A DNA stretch of 64,000 nucleotides from Nitrosopumilus sp. (GTDB taxonomy: Archaea > Thermoproteota > Nitrososphaeria > Nitrososphaerales > Nitrosopumilaceae): positions 992,001-1,056,000 of the forward strand of contig OZ250186.1 in assembly GCA_965238275.1 (NCBI GenBank), given 5' to 3'. The position numbers and the translations under genes are program-made. Positions 19,059-29,404 of the stretch are shown here, in pieces. Below the pieces are notes generated by a model that worked only from the letters and a program-made list of their open reading frames with translations, did no database searches and was not told the origin of the DNA. The stretch's first letter is position 1. Every line of letters begins with the position of its first letter.

Positions 19059-20012
19059 ATGGACGTAACAGGTGATTCGCAAACCATAGAAGAGATCCGG
19101 GCAGAGATTGATAAACTAAAAAGGAAGGCGATGATTCTGGATTCGTCGTCCACAAGCACTATCAAGGGATCCTATTCAAAGAAACCGGCATCAAAGACTG
19201 CAGCCAAGAAGCCTGCAGCCAAGAAAACCGCATCAAAGACTGCAGCCAAGAAAACCGCATCAAAGACTGCAGCCAAGAAGCCGGCAGCCAAGAAAACCGC
19301 ATCAAAGACTGCAGCCAAGAAGCCGGCAGCCAAGAAAACCGCATCAAAGACTGCAGCCAAGAAAACCGCATCAAAGACTGCAGCCAAGAAGCCGGCAGCC
19401 AAGAAAACCGCATCAAAGACTGCAGCCAAGAAGCCGGCAGCCAAGAAAACCGCATCAAAGACTGCAGCCAAGAAGCCGGCAGCCAAGAAAACCGCATCAA
19501 AGACTGCAGCCAAGAAAACCGCATCAAAGACTGCAGCCAAGAAGCCGGCAGCCAAGAAAACCAAACCCAAAGAATCTGAAAAAACGCCCGAAGAGGAGAT
19601 GGAGGCAAGCCTCTCTAATGAGGAGATTGAAAATTTTCGGATTGAAAAGGTCGACATGGACAAACTCACAAACAAGGTATGCGTCATTCTGGCAGAACGC
19701 GAATCAAACGGAATGCTTCAAAACGAACTGTGGAAGAAACTCAAACTCTCAAACCGTGACGGCTCCCGTCTGTCATTGAAGCTTGAGAGAATGGGAACCA
19801 TTACCAGAGAGAAACTTCTTCAGAAGAACCGCTGGACTTACAAACTAATCCTAAAAAAGACCCCAATCAGTACCAAATCTATCGAGAATGCCCCCTGCCT
19901 GGTGTGTCCTGTTGAACAAAGATGTACCATAGACGGTGAAATCAGCCCTAGAAGCTGTCAGCTTATTGAGGACTGGGTAATCAATTCGATGAAGAAGCCG
20001 AAGTCCCGATGA
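19059..20012 (+). CDS. TFE-beta/RPC34-like protein (winged HTH plus Cys cluster) with histone-H1-like Lys/Ala repeat region
   Basis: GMLQNELWKKLKLSNRDGSRLSLKLE wHTH; APCLVCPVEQRC...SPRSC..IEDW Fe-S-type motif. Confidence 0.82.
   Translation: MDVTGDSQTIEEIRAEIDKLKRKAMILDSSSTSTIKGSYSKKPASKTAAKKPAAKKTASKTAAKKTASKTAAKKPAAKKTASKTAAKKPAAKKTASKTAAKKTASKTAAKKPAAKKTASKTAAKKPAAKKTASKTAAKKPAAKKTASKTAAKKTASKTAAKKPAAKKTKPKESEKTPEEEMEASLSNEEIENFRIEKVDMDKLTNKVCVILAERESNGMLQNELWKKLKLSNRDGSRLSLKLERMGTITREKLLQKNRWTYKLILKKTPISTKSIENAPCLVCPVEQRCTIDGEISPRSCQLIEDWVINSMKKPKSR
19183..19562 (+). repeat. Coding tandem array of 42-bp (ASKTAAKKPAAKKT) and 27-bp (ASKTAAKKT) units
   Basis: Near-identical gcatcaaagactgcagccaagaa... 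units repeated about 10 times. Confidence 0.95.
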
Positions 20013-20599
20013 GGCTCATAGACGCCCGCAAGGATCCCTACAGGAAGCTGGCCCATGAGCAGGGTTATAGAAGTAGGGCCGCATACAAGCTCAAGGAACT
20101 GAACCAGTCTTACCGCATAATCGGTCCGGGATTCAACGTACTTGATCTCGGATGCGCTCCCGGAGGCTGGACCCAGATGGCTGTAAAACTGGCAGGAAAC
20201 CAGGGCAAGGTAATGGGAGTAGATCTGTCCTATGTGGAGGAGATTTCAGGGGCTTACATCATCCGGGATGATATAGGAAACGAGGCTGTCATAGACGAGA
20301 TCATGTCGTATTTTGAACGCAAGGTCAACGCCGTAATATGCGATCTCTCCCCGCAGGTCAGTGGAAACTGGTCAGTTGATCATGCAAAGCAGATCTCACT
20401 CAACTATGACTGTGCCCGAATCATGGATCAGGTTCTGGCACGCAAGGGGAATGCCGTCTTCAAGTTGTTTGACGGGGAGTATTCCATGGAGTTTCGGGAC
20501 TACATACGCAAGAAGTTCGCCCGGACAAACCTTACCAAACCCAAGGCAAGCAGAAAACAGAGCAGCGAGTTGTACTGCGTATGCCTGGGATTTATGTGA
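20009..20599 (+). CDS. rlmE: 23S rRNA methyltransferase RlmE/FtsJ
   Basis: GYRSRAAYKL, VLDLGCAPGGW, KPKASRKQSSELY. Confidence 0.94.
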   Translation: MRLIDARKDPYRKLAHEQGYRSRAAYKLKELNQSYRIIGPGFNVLDLGCAPGGWTQMAVKLAGNQGKVMGVDLSYVEEISGAYIIRDDIGNEAVIDEIMSYFERKVNAVICDLSPQVSGNWSVDHAKQISLNYDCARIMDQVLARKGNAVFKLFDGEYSMEFRDYIRKKFARTNLTKPKASRKQSSELYCVCLGFM

Positions 20600-21752
20600 T
20601 GGACGAAAAGATCTCCCCAACCTCGTCAATTCTGGCATCGGTTCTGAATCCTGTAGGGTCAAGCGATGTGGGGCTGGCAAGAAAATCCTTTCTCTGCAGG
20701 CAACGTACTGCATCCTCCAGACTGGGCGGCGAGATCCCCGTCCTTGAGGCTACCTCGTCAAGTGTAAAATACGTTCCAGGCATATCTGATTCCATCACGC
20801 ATCTGTCGATGATCCTATGACAGGCCTTGTTTACATTCAAACCTGCAATCTCTGACGACATTGCCTGCACAAACTTTCTCTCAAAGATCTGCCCTGTCCA
20901 CAGGGGACCTGCTGTGCTCACATCCTGTCTGCATACCTGGCATTTGGAATCCATTACAGGCGAGACTCTTCTGTGTTTGCAGTTATTGCAGTGCAGAATG
21001 TAGCCTGTGTTCTCCTGCGGATCCGGCCTGCTTTGGACCCTGACGTACGTTCTGTAGTAGTGCATGTTGCTCTCTACAAACACCGGCGTTATCGTGACTC
21101 CCAGCCTTGCAGCAACCGTCCTCAGGCATCCCAGAATCAGCCTTATTGCAATCTCATTTCTATACACGGCCCTGACAGGAGTTCCCCCGTACCTTCTCTT
21201 GCACGCATCATTAAAGAGCCCGTTGAGCACTTGAAGATCCGTTGCCGTTGCAGAGAGGATTCCCTTGTGCATGGTTGCGCGAATCCCACAGTCAAAGAAC
21301 TGGGCAGGCGAGCCAAACGGGTCAATGTCGACAATTGCCCCCCTGCTTCCGCTTCTTGAACAGCTACTCAGAAACCTGCATGCCTCGTCCCCGGAAAACT
21401 TTACGTTTTCCATACCGTTGAGCTTTGCAGAATGGCGAGCCATCTCCAGTGCAGACGGGTTTAGATCATTGACGATGACGCTCTGTACATCAAGCTCGTT
21501 TCCAACCCTTAGTCCCCTGGCCCCCACCCCGGAAAGCGCCTCCAGGAATACCCTTGCACCCTCAAAGCCTCTCAGAAATGCAGCATATGCGGCAATCGAC
21601 AAGTCCCGGGTAAGGGACGCCCTGGGATTGAAAAACGCCGGCCTTCTTGGCGGAACGCTCTCCGTCATTGACTTGCTTGGAACCAGCAGCCTTGTCCTGC
21701 CCTCGACAATCTCCACAAGCGATCCGTCCAAAACTTCCAATTGATTCTCCAC
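20592..21752 (-). CDS. trm1: tRNA (guanine26-N2)-dimethyltransferase
   Basis: FFNPRASLTRD, LSGVGARGLR, DIDPFGSP, TATD, GPLWTG. Confidence 0.92.
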   Translation of the reverse strand: MENQLEVLDGSLVEIVEGRTRLLVPSKSMTESVPPRRPAFFNPRASLTRDLSIAAYAAFLRGFEGARVFLEALSGVGARGLRVGNELDVQSVIVNDLNPSALEMARHSAKLNGMENVKFSGDEACRFLSSCSRSGSRGAIVDIDPFGSPAQFFDCGIRATMHKGILSATATDLQVLNGLFNDACKRRYGGTPVRAVYRNEIAIRLILGCLRTVAARLGVTITPVFVESNMHYYRTYVRVQSRPDPQENTGYILHCNNCKHRRVSPVMDSKCQVCRQDVSTAGPLWTGQIFERKFVQAMSSEIAGLNVNKACHRIIDRCVMESDMPGTYFTLDEVASRTGISPPSLEDAVRCLQRKDFLASPTSLDPTGFRTDARIDEVGEIFSSIT

Positions 21753-21798
21753 TGTCGGAGACTACAACGGTTTAATACCTGTATCTTGGGACAGAATC

Positions 21799-22416
21799 GT
21801 GCAAATATCTGGGGTCGACGAGGCCGGGCGCGGTTCCATGCTGGGCCCGTTGGTAGTTGCAGGGGTTCGGATGGAGAAAAACCGGATACGCCAGTTGTCT
21901 GCACTGGGCGTTAGGGACTCTAAGAAACTCTCTCCAAAATCCCGCCAGAACCTCTATCATAAGATAACCGGGATGGTAGACGACTACTGCATAGTAAGCG
22001 TACCTCCGAGATCCATTGATGCAAGCGTCAGAATGCACCACCTTAACATACTGGAGGCCAGGTACATGGCAAGGGTCGTCTCAAGACTGGCCCCTGACGT
22101 ATCGTACGTTGATTCATGCGATGTCAACGCTGACAGGTTTGGAAGGGAGGTCTCCCGTCTCTCCGGGCATAGGGTTCGCTCGTACCATCATGCAGACAGC
22201 AGGTTTGTAGTGGTGTCTGCTGCCTCCATTCTTGCAAAGGTTGCCCGGGACGAGGCAGTTGCCAGACTCCGCCGGGTTCATGATCTGGGAAGCGGATATC
22301 CGTCGGATCGTACCACGGTAAAATTTGTAACCGGATACTATGAGGCACATCACGCCATGCCAAGCTTTGTGCGCAAGAGCTGGAAGCCGATCCGGCGAAT
22401 CATGAATCAGTTGTGA
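21799..22416 (+). CDS. rnhB: Ribonuclease HII
   Basis: GVDEAGRGSMLGP, DSKKLS, SAASILAKV, GSGYPSD. Confidence 0.95.
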   Translation: MQISGVDEAGRGSMLGPLVVAGVRMEKNRIRQLSALGVRDSKKLSPKSRQNLYHKITGMVDDYCIVSVPPRSIDASVRMHHLNILEARYMARVVSRLAPDVSYVDSCDVNADRFGREVSRLSGHRVRSYHHADSRFVVVSAASILAKVARDEAVARLRRVHDLGSGYPSDRTTVKFVTGYYEAHHAMPSFVRKSWKPIRRIMNQL

Positions 22417-23108
22417 TATCTTGCAATGACAATTGCATGATCCTTGTCATACGGGTGTAAGTCGATGGTCTGCATTATGTCAAATTTTCCTCTCAGCTTT
22501 TCTGACTCCTCCCTGACAATCCTCTGCGGCTCCTTTGTCACATCTATACTTCTTGTCTTGATTACCAGTAGCAGGTATCCCCGGTCCTTGAGAAACGTCT
22601 CGCAGTTCAATATTGCAATCCTTGTCTGATCCGGCTGCGCAATGTCAGTATACACGACATCCATCCTGCCAAACACTGCAGAGTACTCCTTTGGGGTTCT
22701 TGCATCCTGCAGTACGGGAATTATGTTTGATCTGTGCGAGGCCACCCTGTCCAGAAAGTCCCTTGCAACCCTGCTTGCATGCTCCACGCCGAAGACTATT
22801 CCGCCGGGGCCTACTATGTCTGAGATGTGGCTGACAGTGGTTCCAGTCGAGGCCCCAAGGTACAGAACCTTGGTCCTGTTTTCAAATGGGAACTCTTCAA
22901 GACCGTTCATTATTGCAGCTGCCAGCTTGCTTCTGAACGGATCCCACAGCCTGTACTCTGTTCCCTTTTTGACTAGCAGTTTCTCCTTGTACACCTGGCG
23001 TCCGGGCACCATGTTCTCTGTTGCCAGTCTTTTCTCCCCGTCTGATCTTATCCACTGGAATGGTGGGTTATCTCCGTCCAAACTTTTTTCTCTTCTTGCC
23101 CCCTGCAT
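22407..23108 (-). CDS. flpA: Fibrillarin-like rRNA/tRNA 2'-O-methyltransferase
   Basis: EYRLWDPFRSKLAA, VLYLGASTGTTVSHISD, DIAQPDQ; start uncertain. Confidence 0.94.
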   Translation of the reverse strand: MQGARREKSLDGDNPPFQWIRSDGEKRLATENMVPGRQVYKEKLLVKKGTEYRLWDPFRSKLAAAIMNGLEEFPFENRTKVLYLGASTGTTVSHISDIVGPGGIVFGVEHASRVARDFLDRVASHRSNIIPVLQDARTPKEYSAVFGRMDVVYTDIAQPDQTRIAILNCETFLKDRGYLLLVIKTRSIDVTKEPQRIVREESEKLRGKFDIMQTIDLHPYDKDHAIVIARYHN

Positions 23109-24336
23109 CGGGTTTTTTCCCGCCTTTTTTGTATCTGTCTCCTCTTCTGGAGCCGTCCCTTCCCCTGGAGCCGTCTCTTGGCCCGTCATGCCTGAACGGC
23201 TGGGTTCTTGGATCCCTCTCAACCGGGTTCTCATACTTTTTACCTATCTCATCGACTCTGATGTTGAGTTTTTCAAGCAGGGTGTTGTTTATCCCCTCTC
23301 CGTATACGTCCACCCTTGCTGCAATTGCCGCCTTTGCCGCAATTGCCCGTGCAATCTTTCCCCTCTGCCATCTCGGAGCGGAATGAACCATCGCATGCTG
23401 GAAGAGCAGTCCGTGCTTTGGCGGCTGGGATCCTGTCTTGAGTGATCTGAACAGGGCCCTTTCTGCCCCTATTACCTGTATGGTGCTGGCCGGCAGTGAT
23501 GCCAGCCTCTTGATGCTTCCGGCCCGTGCAAGAATTCTTGCACCAACTGCCGTCCCAAGTATGACCGAAAGGTTTGGTGCGACTTCCTCCATGCCGATTC
23601 TGATGTGTTCTTCAAGACTCCTTCGCATCTCGTACAGGTTTAGCAGCTGTTCTGCCATGGACTGTACTATTGCCAGATTCCCGTCAGAGATGTCCCCGCC
23701 CCTGCTCCTTGATGCCACCAGCAGGAGCATCTCTACCTTGGATTCTGGAAATCCTGCATCCTCAAAGGACTGCTTTGTGAGGGAGCTGCGCCTTCCCGCA
23801 GAGACGATCTGCGCATAGCCGTTGATGCTGTCAATGACGTTGTCCAGCTCTGGAAAATGCAGTCCGTACCACTCCCTCAGTCTTGAGCTTAACGCGTTTG
23901 CTATCTTGTCAATCTCATCAAGCGAGTTTATTGCCTGTATGATGTGCAGGTCCGGACTCTCAGAGGCCTCGGTAACTCTGGATGAGGAGAGTCCGAGTGC
24001 AAACTCCCTCAGTTTTCCCAGTGCGTCATGCGGATTGGATGCAAAACCCGAATCCGCTATCACCTGGGGCTTGGATGCCTGGACTGCCTCGATCTCAGAA
24101 TCCTCCATGATTCTGGCATCAATGGAGTTCCTCTTCAGAATGTTGAGAAGAGACTGGTCACTTACCGTCACCCCCCTCTGAATGGATGTAAGATAATCGC
24201 TCAGCTGGCTAAGCCCTGCCTTCTTGTCCTTTACTGCAAGATAGTCCCTGACCGGTTCTCGGAATGCAAATGATTTCTGCAATGCCCCATCGTCAAACAC
24301 TGCGATTCCAAGCTCTGTCAGGATTACAGAATACAT
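23068..24336 (-). CDS. nop5: Box C/D sRNP protein Nop5/Nop56
   Basis: LREWYGLHFPEL, LPASTIQVIGAERALF, PPKHGLLFQH. Confidence 0.95.
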   Translation of the reverse strand: MYSVILTELGIAVFDDGALQKSFAFREPVRDYLAVKDKKAGLSQLSDYLTSIQRGVTVSDQSLLNILKRNSIDARIMEDSEIEAVQASKPQVIADSGFASNPHDALGKLREFALGLSSSRVTEASESPDLHIIQAINSLDEIDKIANALSSRLREWYGLHFPELDNVIDSINGYAQIVSAGRRSSLTKQSFEDAGFPESKVEMLLLVASRSRGGDISDGNLAIVQSMAEQLLNLYEMRRSLEEHIRIGMEEVAPNLSVILGTAVGARILARAGSIKRLASLPASTIQVIGAERALFRSLKTGSQPPKHGLLFQHAMVHSAPRWQRGKIARAIAAKAAIAARVDVYGEGINNTLLEKLNIRVDEIGKKYENPVERDPRTQPFRHDGPRDGSRGRDGSRRGDRYKKGGKKPDAGGKKRKKFGRR

Positions 24337-24473
24337 GACTGATACACCTATGATGCCTTTAAAAAAGATACCAGAACCGCCTCAGGATGGATGGGTGTGG
24401 ACGGGATGACCGTGCACAAGTATGATTGTACTGCAACAAAAGACGTGATGCCTGCAGATAGTCTCCTGACCGG

Positions 24474-24656
24474 CTAGCGCTTCCTTCTTCTCTGCCCGGG
24501 CTTGTTCTGTCCTGGAAACCTGCCAAGCACAAACCGCTTCTTGAAGTTGCTTTTGTTTCGAAGGCTAGAGTTGGTTCCGACGATCTTTCTTCCCTCCACC
24601 TTTGGAGTCTGTCCCCGTACCTTTCCTGCCTTGGTCAGCGAACCGTGAGTTGCCAT
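24474..24656 (-). CDS. rps30e: 30S ribosomal protein S30e
   Basis: HGSLTKAGKVRGQTPKV. Confidence 0.95.
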   Translation of the reverse strand: MATHGSLTKAGKVRGQTPKVEGRKIVGTNSSLRNKSNFKKRFVLGRFPGQNKPGQRRRKR

Positions 24657-24751
24657 ATCTTAGACGACACTGCAGTGAATTTATGTATTTGGAATGACTC
24701 TCCTTTTTTCATGTTACTGACGCCTGCCATGAACTGCCAGGCAGCATGACA

Positions 24752-26482
24752 CTACCAGTATTTGGCCTTTACAGTCTCGATTACCTGTTCGTGTTCCTTG
24801 CTCTTCTTTCGGGCGTATCTTTCCATGGCTCCTAGTGGAACGCCGCCGAGGGATCTTGCAATGGCATTAAAGAAGTATCTCTGGGGGCCCTTGGCGCCTG
24901 TCTTGGTCATGAACTTCTGGATGCCATACTTGAAGTTGTGCTGCCATGTCTTGTAAAGGACGCCAAGCTGTGCAGGCGTCATCTCGTTTCCAATGTTGAA
25001 AAAGTCGGACTTTTCAAGCAGTCCTATGGGAACAAACGTCAGCGCCGTGGCCGTAAACATCGATTCAGGCTGCTCGCGTTCCAGCTCGTTAATCAAACGT
25101 ATGGTCTCCCACGAGTCCTCCGGAGTCTCGTCGTTGTCAAGTCCCATGATGAGGGTGAATGCCGGAATCCAGTAGTCCTGGTTCAGGGTCTTGACGCCCT
25201 CCTTGACAACCCAGTGCCACTCGTCTGGACTGTATGGCGCAAGCTTTCTATCGGCGTACTTGCCTATCAGCCTCAGACTCCCCGTCTCAAATCCCGCCTG
25301 GACGCCGATCATGTTGTCAGGTCCTGCCTTCATGATCCTTGAGAGGCTTGGAATCAGCTTTTCATCGGCAATGGCTCCTGCAAGCGTGCCGTGGGTCGGG
25401 TTTGTATGTTTGACGCCTGTGGACATGATTGCAGTGAACAGCTCCTCTAGCGCCTCCCTGTTTGGCTCCATGCCCTTGGCGGTTCTAGGATTCATCCCAT
25501 AGACAAAGATGTCGTCGCTGTGCACCCATGCAGACGTGGCACCGCCCTTCTTCATGTTGATCTCAATCTCTTTTTTGACCTTCTCTGGCGGATAGTATCT
25601 GAGCGATCTCAGCGTGACGTCGCAAAACTTGCATCCCCTTCCGCAGCCCCTCATCACCTCGACCATTCCGTGCATGCTGGGCTCCACTATGTTGGGAATC
25701 TCCTCAAGATCCGGCCTGTCCCAAAAGTTCACGAACCTGGCATGTATCTTCTTGCCATCCCTTTCAAACTCCTTTATGTTGACCTTGAAATTACTCCTCT
25801 TCCTGAACGGGTCCATGTTTTCAAAGTCGCCGTTAATCAGATAGTTGAAGAATCTTCCTGCGTGGCCGTCGATCTCCGGGGCTATTCCTCCAAGCTCCCC
25901 TTCCAAAATGGCATATATTCCAAACTCCTCGATCTTTGCCGGGTCATAGTTGTACTGCCATGTTCCAGATGCGCCGGAGATTACCTTGGCCTTGCTTCCT
26001 GTCTTGGCCTTGGCAGCCTTGATTCTCTGATGAAGCTCCGTATTGTAGTATTCGTCATATGAGATCTGTTTTCTGCCGTACGTAAACGTCATGGTTACCG
26101 GACCCATTCCGAGCGGATCCATCTCGTATGTTCCTACAGCCTCTGTCCTGGGCCCGATGAACTTCTCTATGTGATCCGGATGCGCCACCACCACCTCGCT
26201 TCTGTCAAATCCGTCCCGCAGAAGTCCTGCCTCAAGCTTTCTTAGTCCGTACGGTGCATAGTCTGCAACGCCGTTGGTATGGGGAATGTAGTTGCAGATA
26301 AAATCAAACAGAACCTTGGGGGTTACCTGTTTTCCAAGAATCTTGTACAGCAGGCTGCTCTTGTCCCTGTGCGGATCAAGTGCGGGCGCACACCCAAAGA
26401 ACGTAGCAAGAGACAGTCCCCTGTATGGAGACATTAGTGTACGATCTGCTGTTAGGACTATTTTTGGTGTTTTCATCCCCAA
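24752..26482 (-). CDS. Archaeal radical SAM protein
   Basis: EVMRGCGRGCKFC (CxxxCxxC); APYGLRKLEA N-terminal motif. Confidence 0.88.
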   Translation of the reverse strand: MGMKTPKIVLTADRTLMSPYRGLSLATFFGCAPALDPHRDKSSLLYKILGKQVTPKVLFDFICNYIPHTNGVADYAPYGLRKLEAGLLRDGFDRSEVVVAHPDHIEKFIGPRTEAVGTYEMDPLGMGPVTMTFTYGRKQISYDEYYNTELHQRIKAAKAKTGSKAKVISGASGTWQYNYDPAKIEEFGIYAILEGELGGIAPEIDGHAGRFFNYLINGDFENMDPFRKRSNFKVNIKEFERDGKKIHARFVNFWDRPDLEEIPNIVEPSMHGMVEVMRGCGRGCKFCDVTLRSLRYYPPEKVKKEIEINMKKGGATSAWVHSDDIFVYGMNPRTAKGMEPNREALEELFTAIMSTGVKHTNPTHGTLAGAIADEKLIPSLSRIMKAGPDNMIGVQAGFETGSLRLIGKYADRKLAPYSPDEWHWVVKEGVKTLNQDYWIPAFTLIMGLDNDETPEDSWETIRLINELEREQPESMFTATALTFVPIGLLEKSDFFNIGNEMTPAQLGVLYKTWQHNFKYGIQKFMTKTGAKGPQRYFFNAIARSLGGVPLGAMERYARKKSKEHEQVIETVKAKYW

Positions 26483-26524
26483 CAGAATACTCGAGTGATT
26501 TATTTTAAACCTTGCTAGTCTCGC

Positions 26525-27337
26525 CTAGTATGCCTCTAGCATTCCGGCCTTATTCCTGTAAAAATGCCCAAATTCCCTGTTTTGTAGAAGATGTTCTCCG
26601 TCAAAGACGGTTCCATCCCTGCAGACAAGATCTCCTCCCGTACAGCAGCTGCCGCAGATTCCTACCCCGCACTTCATCATCCGCTCAAGACTGGCCTGTA
26701 CAAAGATTCCGCGTGAGTGCGCAGCCTGCACGGTCTTGTGCATCATAATCTCAGGCCCGCAGACGTACACGCCGTCATAGGATATCTTGCCGACTAGGCT
26801 CTTGACAAGTTCGGTAACGAGTCCCCTCTCCCCATAACTCCCGTCGTCAGTGGATACCATTATCCTGTGCCGGTTGCCCGCCAAAAGCCTGTCTGCAAGA
26901 TCCTCAAAGAATACCTCCTCTCTTGACCTTGCCCCGATTAGGACCGTGACATCGTCTTCTGGACTGACGGTGGTAAGCAGTCTCATTATGGGAACCAGGC
27001 CGGTACCGCCTCCCACCATCAAGAGCCTGCCTGTCTTGAGACAAAACGAGTTTCCATAGGGCCCACGTACTCCGATCCTCCCCCCGGCCCCTATCTGAAA
27101 CAGTCCTGACGATGCAGGTCCGTGACGCCTTACGGTAAATGCAGCCTTTCCGGCCTCTTCTGATATCATCACACTCATGGGCAGCTCGTTTATGCCCGGA
27201 ACCCAGACCATTGCAAACTGTCCGGGAAGGGCACTTGACATTATCTCATCTGAGAATACCAGGGTTCTGACAGTCGGGGTCTCATCAATCACCTTTTCGA
27301 CTGTGACGATTGCAGGATGGTTACGATCCCTGTGCAA
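26525..27337 (-). CDS. pyrK: Dihydroorotate dehydrogenase electron transfer subunit
   Basis: PGQFAMVW, RGPYGN, GGGTG, CGPE, MKCGVGICGSC. Confidence 0.93.
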   Translation of the reverse strand: MHRDRNHPAIVTVEKVIDETPTVRTLVFSDEIMSSALPGQFAMVWVPGINELPMSVMISEEAGKAAFTVRRHGPASSGLFQIGAGGRIGVRGPYGNSFCLKTGRLLMVGGGTGLVPIMRLLTTVSPEDDVTVLIGARSREEVFFEDLADRLLAGNRHRIMVSTDDGSYGERGLVTELVKSLVGKISYDGVYVCGPEIMMHKTVQAAHSRGIFVQASLERMMKCGVGICGSCCTGGDLVCRDGTVFDGEHLLQNREFGHFYRNKAGMLEAY

Positions 27338-28232
27338 GTCCCACCATGTCCGTTATCCTGGCAATGTCCATCTCTGCCATGTACTGTAATATGCCGCCGT
27401 TGATCTCGTCAAATATGTTGATCCATCTGTCCCCCACTGCGCTTCCAAGCTGTACTGCGCATGCTCCTGCCAGAAGAAACTCGACGGCATCCTCCCACGA
27501 TGATATGCCGCCGCATCCGATGACAGGGATGTCATACTTGGAGACTATCTCATAGACGCAGCGCAGCGCGATCTGCTTGATAGGGGTTCCGGAGAGCCCC
27601 CCGAACCCATTGCTGAGAATGGGCCTCTGTGTTCTGACATCAATTGCAATGGACCGGACAGTGTTTATGGCAGTTATTGCATCAATTCCCGCGCTGATGG
27701 CAGTCCCTACGGTATCGAGGTAGTGTGTTGTGCCTAGGCCCACTTTTGCAATGACTGGCACGTCAGATGCGCCCTTGACTGCAGTCACGATATCCTCTAC
27801 CAGCCTTGGGTCATCGCCTACCTCCAGTCCGACCTTCTCCACATGCGGACATGACAGGTTCAGTTCGTATGCCGTAACCCTGCAGCCCTTAAACCGGGAA
27901 ATCATCGTCTCAAACTCCTCCGGGACGGATCCCACAAGACTCACAATTATTGGAACATCCTGGTTGGATCTTATAATTTCTGCAAATGCCGTCGCTCCCG
28001 GATTGGACAACCCTACTGCATTGATCCATCCTCCCCCCTTTACGCTGATTATGGTGGGGTTGGGGTATCCCTCCCACGGTTCATTACTCAGGGACTTTGT
28101 TACAACTGCACCCGCTCCCGAGCGGTACAGCCTGTCAAAGACATCCATGGAGATTCCAAGGATACCTGATGCCAGTATCACCGGCCTGTCCAGTTGTATT
28201 GTGCCTATGCAGGTTGCTAAGCTGGGCTCCAC
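27321..28232 (-). CDS. pyrD: Dihydroorotate dehydrogenase (family 1B)
   Basis: LASG, NAVGLSNPG, ELNLSCPH, AINT, GGLSG, IGCGGI; GTG at 28232 is the likely start. Confidence 0.94.
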   Translation of the reverse strand: MEPSLATCIGTIQLDRPVILASGILGISMDVFDRLYRSGAGAVVTKSLSNEPWEGYPNPTIISVKGGGWINAVGLSNPGATAFAEIIRSNQDVPIIVSLVGSVPEEFETMISRFKGCRVTAYELNLSCPHVEKVGLEVGDDPRLVEDIVTAVKGASDVPVIAKVGLGTTHYLDTVGTAISAGIDAITAINTVRSIAIDVRTQRPILSNGFGGLSGTPIKQIALRCVYEIVSKYDIPVIGCGGISSWEDAVEFLLAGACAVQLGSAVGDRWINIFDEINGGILQYMAEMDIARITDMVGLAQGS

Positions 28233-28686
28233 CTTGTTCAATTGGCTTGGCTTTGAATATAACAGTTGTTTGCGCGTTGTGTCTGAGGCAGTGGTCAAGT
28301 CCAAACCCATGGAATTGCGGGCATGGCTATGGAGATGTTTATGGACGGGATGGTGCCAGATCATGCCCCACCCTCTTGTCCCCGAACATCAGGAAGATGG
28401 TCTGGGATGCCAGTCTCAAGGTTACAGTCTATCACATGCTGATAGATACGGGAACAGGAAGGCGCAGAGTCGATTGGATGAATACTTTACAAGTTCTAAT
28501 GGAATGTGGCGACATACTATTTTTACGGGTTCTGTAACATCTTCGAGGGATGAATGGATCTTCTCCAGATCGGATCCGGCAGAAGGGAAATAGTACTCTT
28601 ATCCACACAAACATGAAATAACCATCGTGCTGGCCATGTTCTGGCCGTTCTATGGGGTTTTTTAGGACTGGCAAACAAGTATTAAC

Positions 28687-29220
28687 ATGAACAAAAAAAT
28701 GTTGGTACCGCTTGCCGTCATATTGATTCTCCCCGGAATGTATCTTGGGGGAGCCATACCCATGTCTGTGAACACCGAGGCTTGGTCCCCGGTGTACACC
28801 AACGAGGAGCTGGTGGAGTACAGCGACCTGATCATACACGGCACCCTTACGGACAACTACTCCTACGTGGAGTGGTACACCAGCGGGAACATTGCAGTCC
28901 CATCGGTGTACACTGTTTGGACCATAGAGCACAGTGAAACGTTCAAGGGCCCCGCTGACGGCAAGACCGAGTTCGTCGTAAATGGAGGATCCTACAACAA
29001 CATCGTCCAAGACGTGATGCATGAGACGGAATTGATCAAGGGAGACGACGTGATCGTCTTTCTGACCAAGGAGCCTGACAGCGTCTACAAGGACCACTAT
29101 TACATGGTGGGAATCGAATCCGGCATCTACAAGATCAACGACGGTTTTGCAACAAACAGTTATGTAAAGTCATCCTATGATGTGGATTCGCTCAAATCCT
29201 CCCTCCGGTCATTCACTTGA
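28687..29220 (+). CDS. Hypothetical secreted protein
   Basis: Signal-peptide-like N-terminus; EELVEYSDLIIHG...ETFKG...VIVFL pattern; T-run after the stop. Confidence 0.75.
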   Translation: MNKKMLVPLAVILILPGMYLGGAIPMSVNTEAWSPVYTNEELVEYSDLIIHGTLTDNYSYVEWYTSGNIAVPSVYTVWTIEHSETFKGPADGKTEFVVNGGSYNNIVQDVMHETELIKGDDVIVFLTKEPDSVYKDHYYMVGIESGIYKINDGFATNSYVKSSYDVDSLKSSLRSFT

Positions 29221-29259
29221 CTTTTTTTTATATCGTATTGCACCCTCTGTGGTCAGTCG

Positions 29260-29379
29260 CTACTTCCGGTTGAAGACGGGATTCTTGGTGGGATCGAATC
29301 GATGCACTTCCCCGGTCTCCAGATCCGTTACGTGCCACAGGCCGTCAATGACCTCGAATTTGCCCTCGTGATTACTCAT
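29260..29379 (-). CDS. Putative 39-aa small protein
   Basis: MSNHEGKFEVIDGLWHVTDLETGEVHRFDPTKNPVFNRK*; TATA-like TTAAATAA upstream. Confidence 0.45.
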   Translation of the reverse strand: MSNHEGKFEVIDGLWHVTDLETGEVHRFDPTKNPVFNRK

Positions 29380-29404
29380 GTGGAAAAATGTGGTTGGGAA
29401 TTAT

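Noticed and set aside
19183-19562. Tandem arrays here and at 7030-7525 as CRISPR arrays
   Set aside because: Contiguous in-frame coding repeats with no unique spacers.
28408-28673. Possible MITE bounded by TGCCAGTC...GACTGGCA
   Set aside because: Only 8 bp of inverted match, no target duplication and no second full copy.
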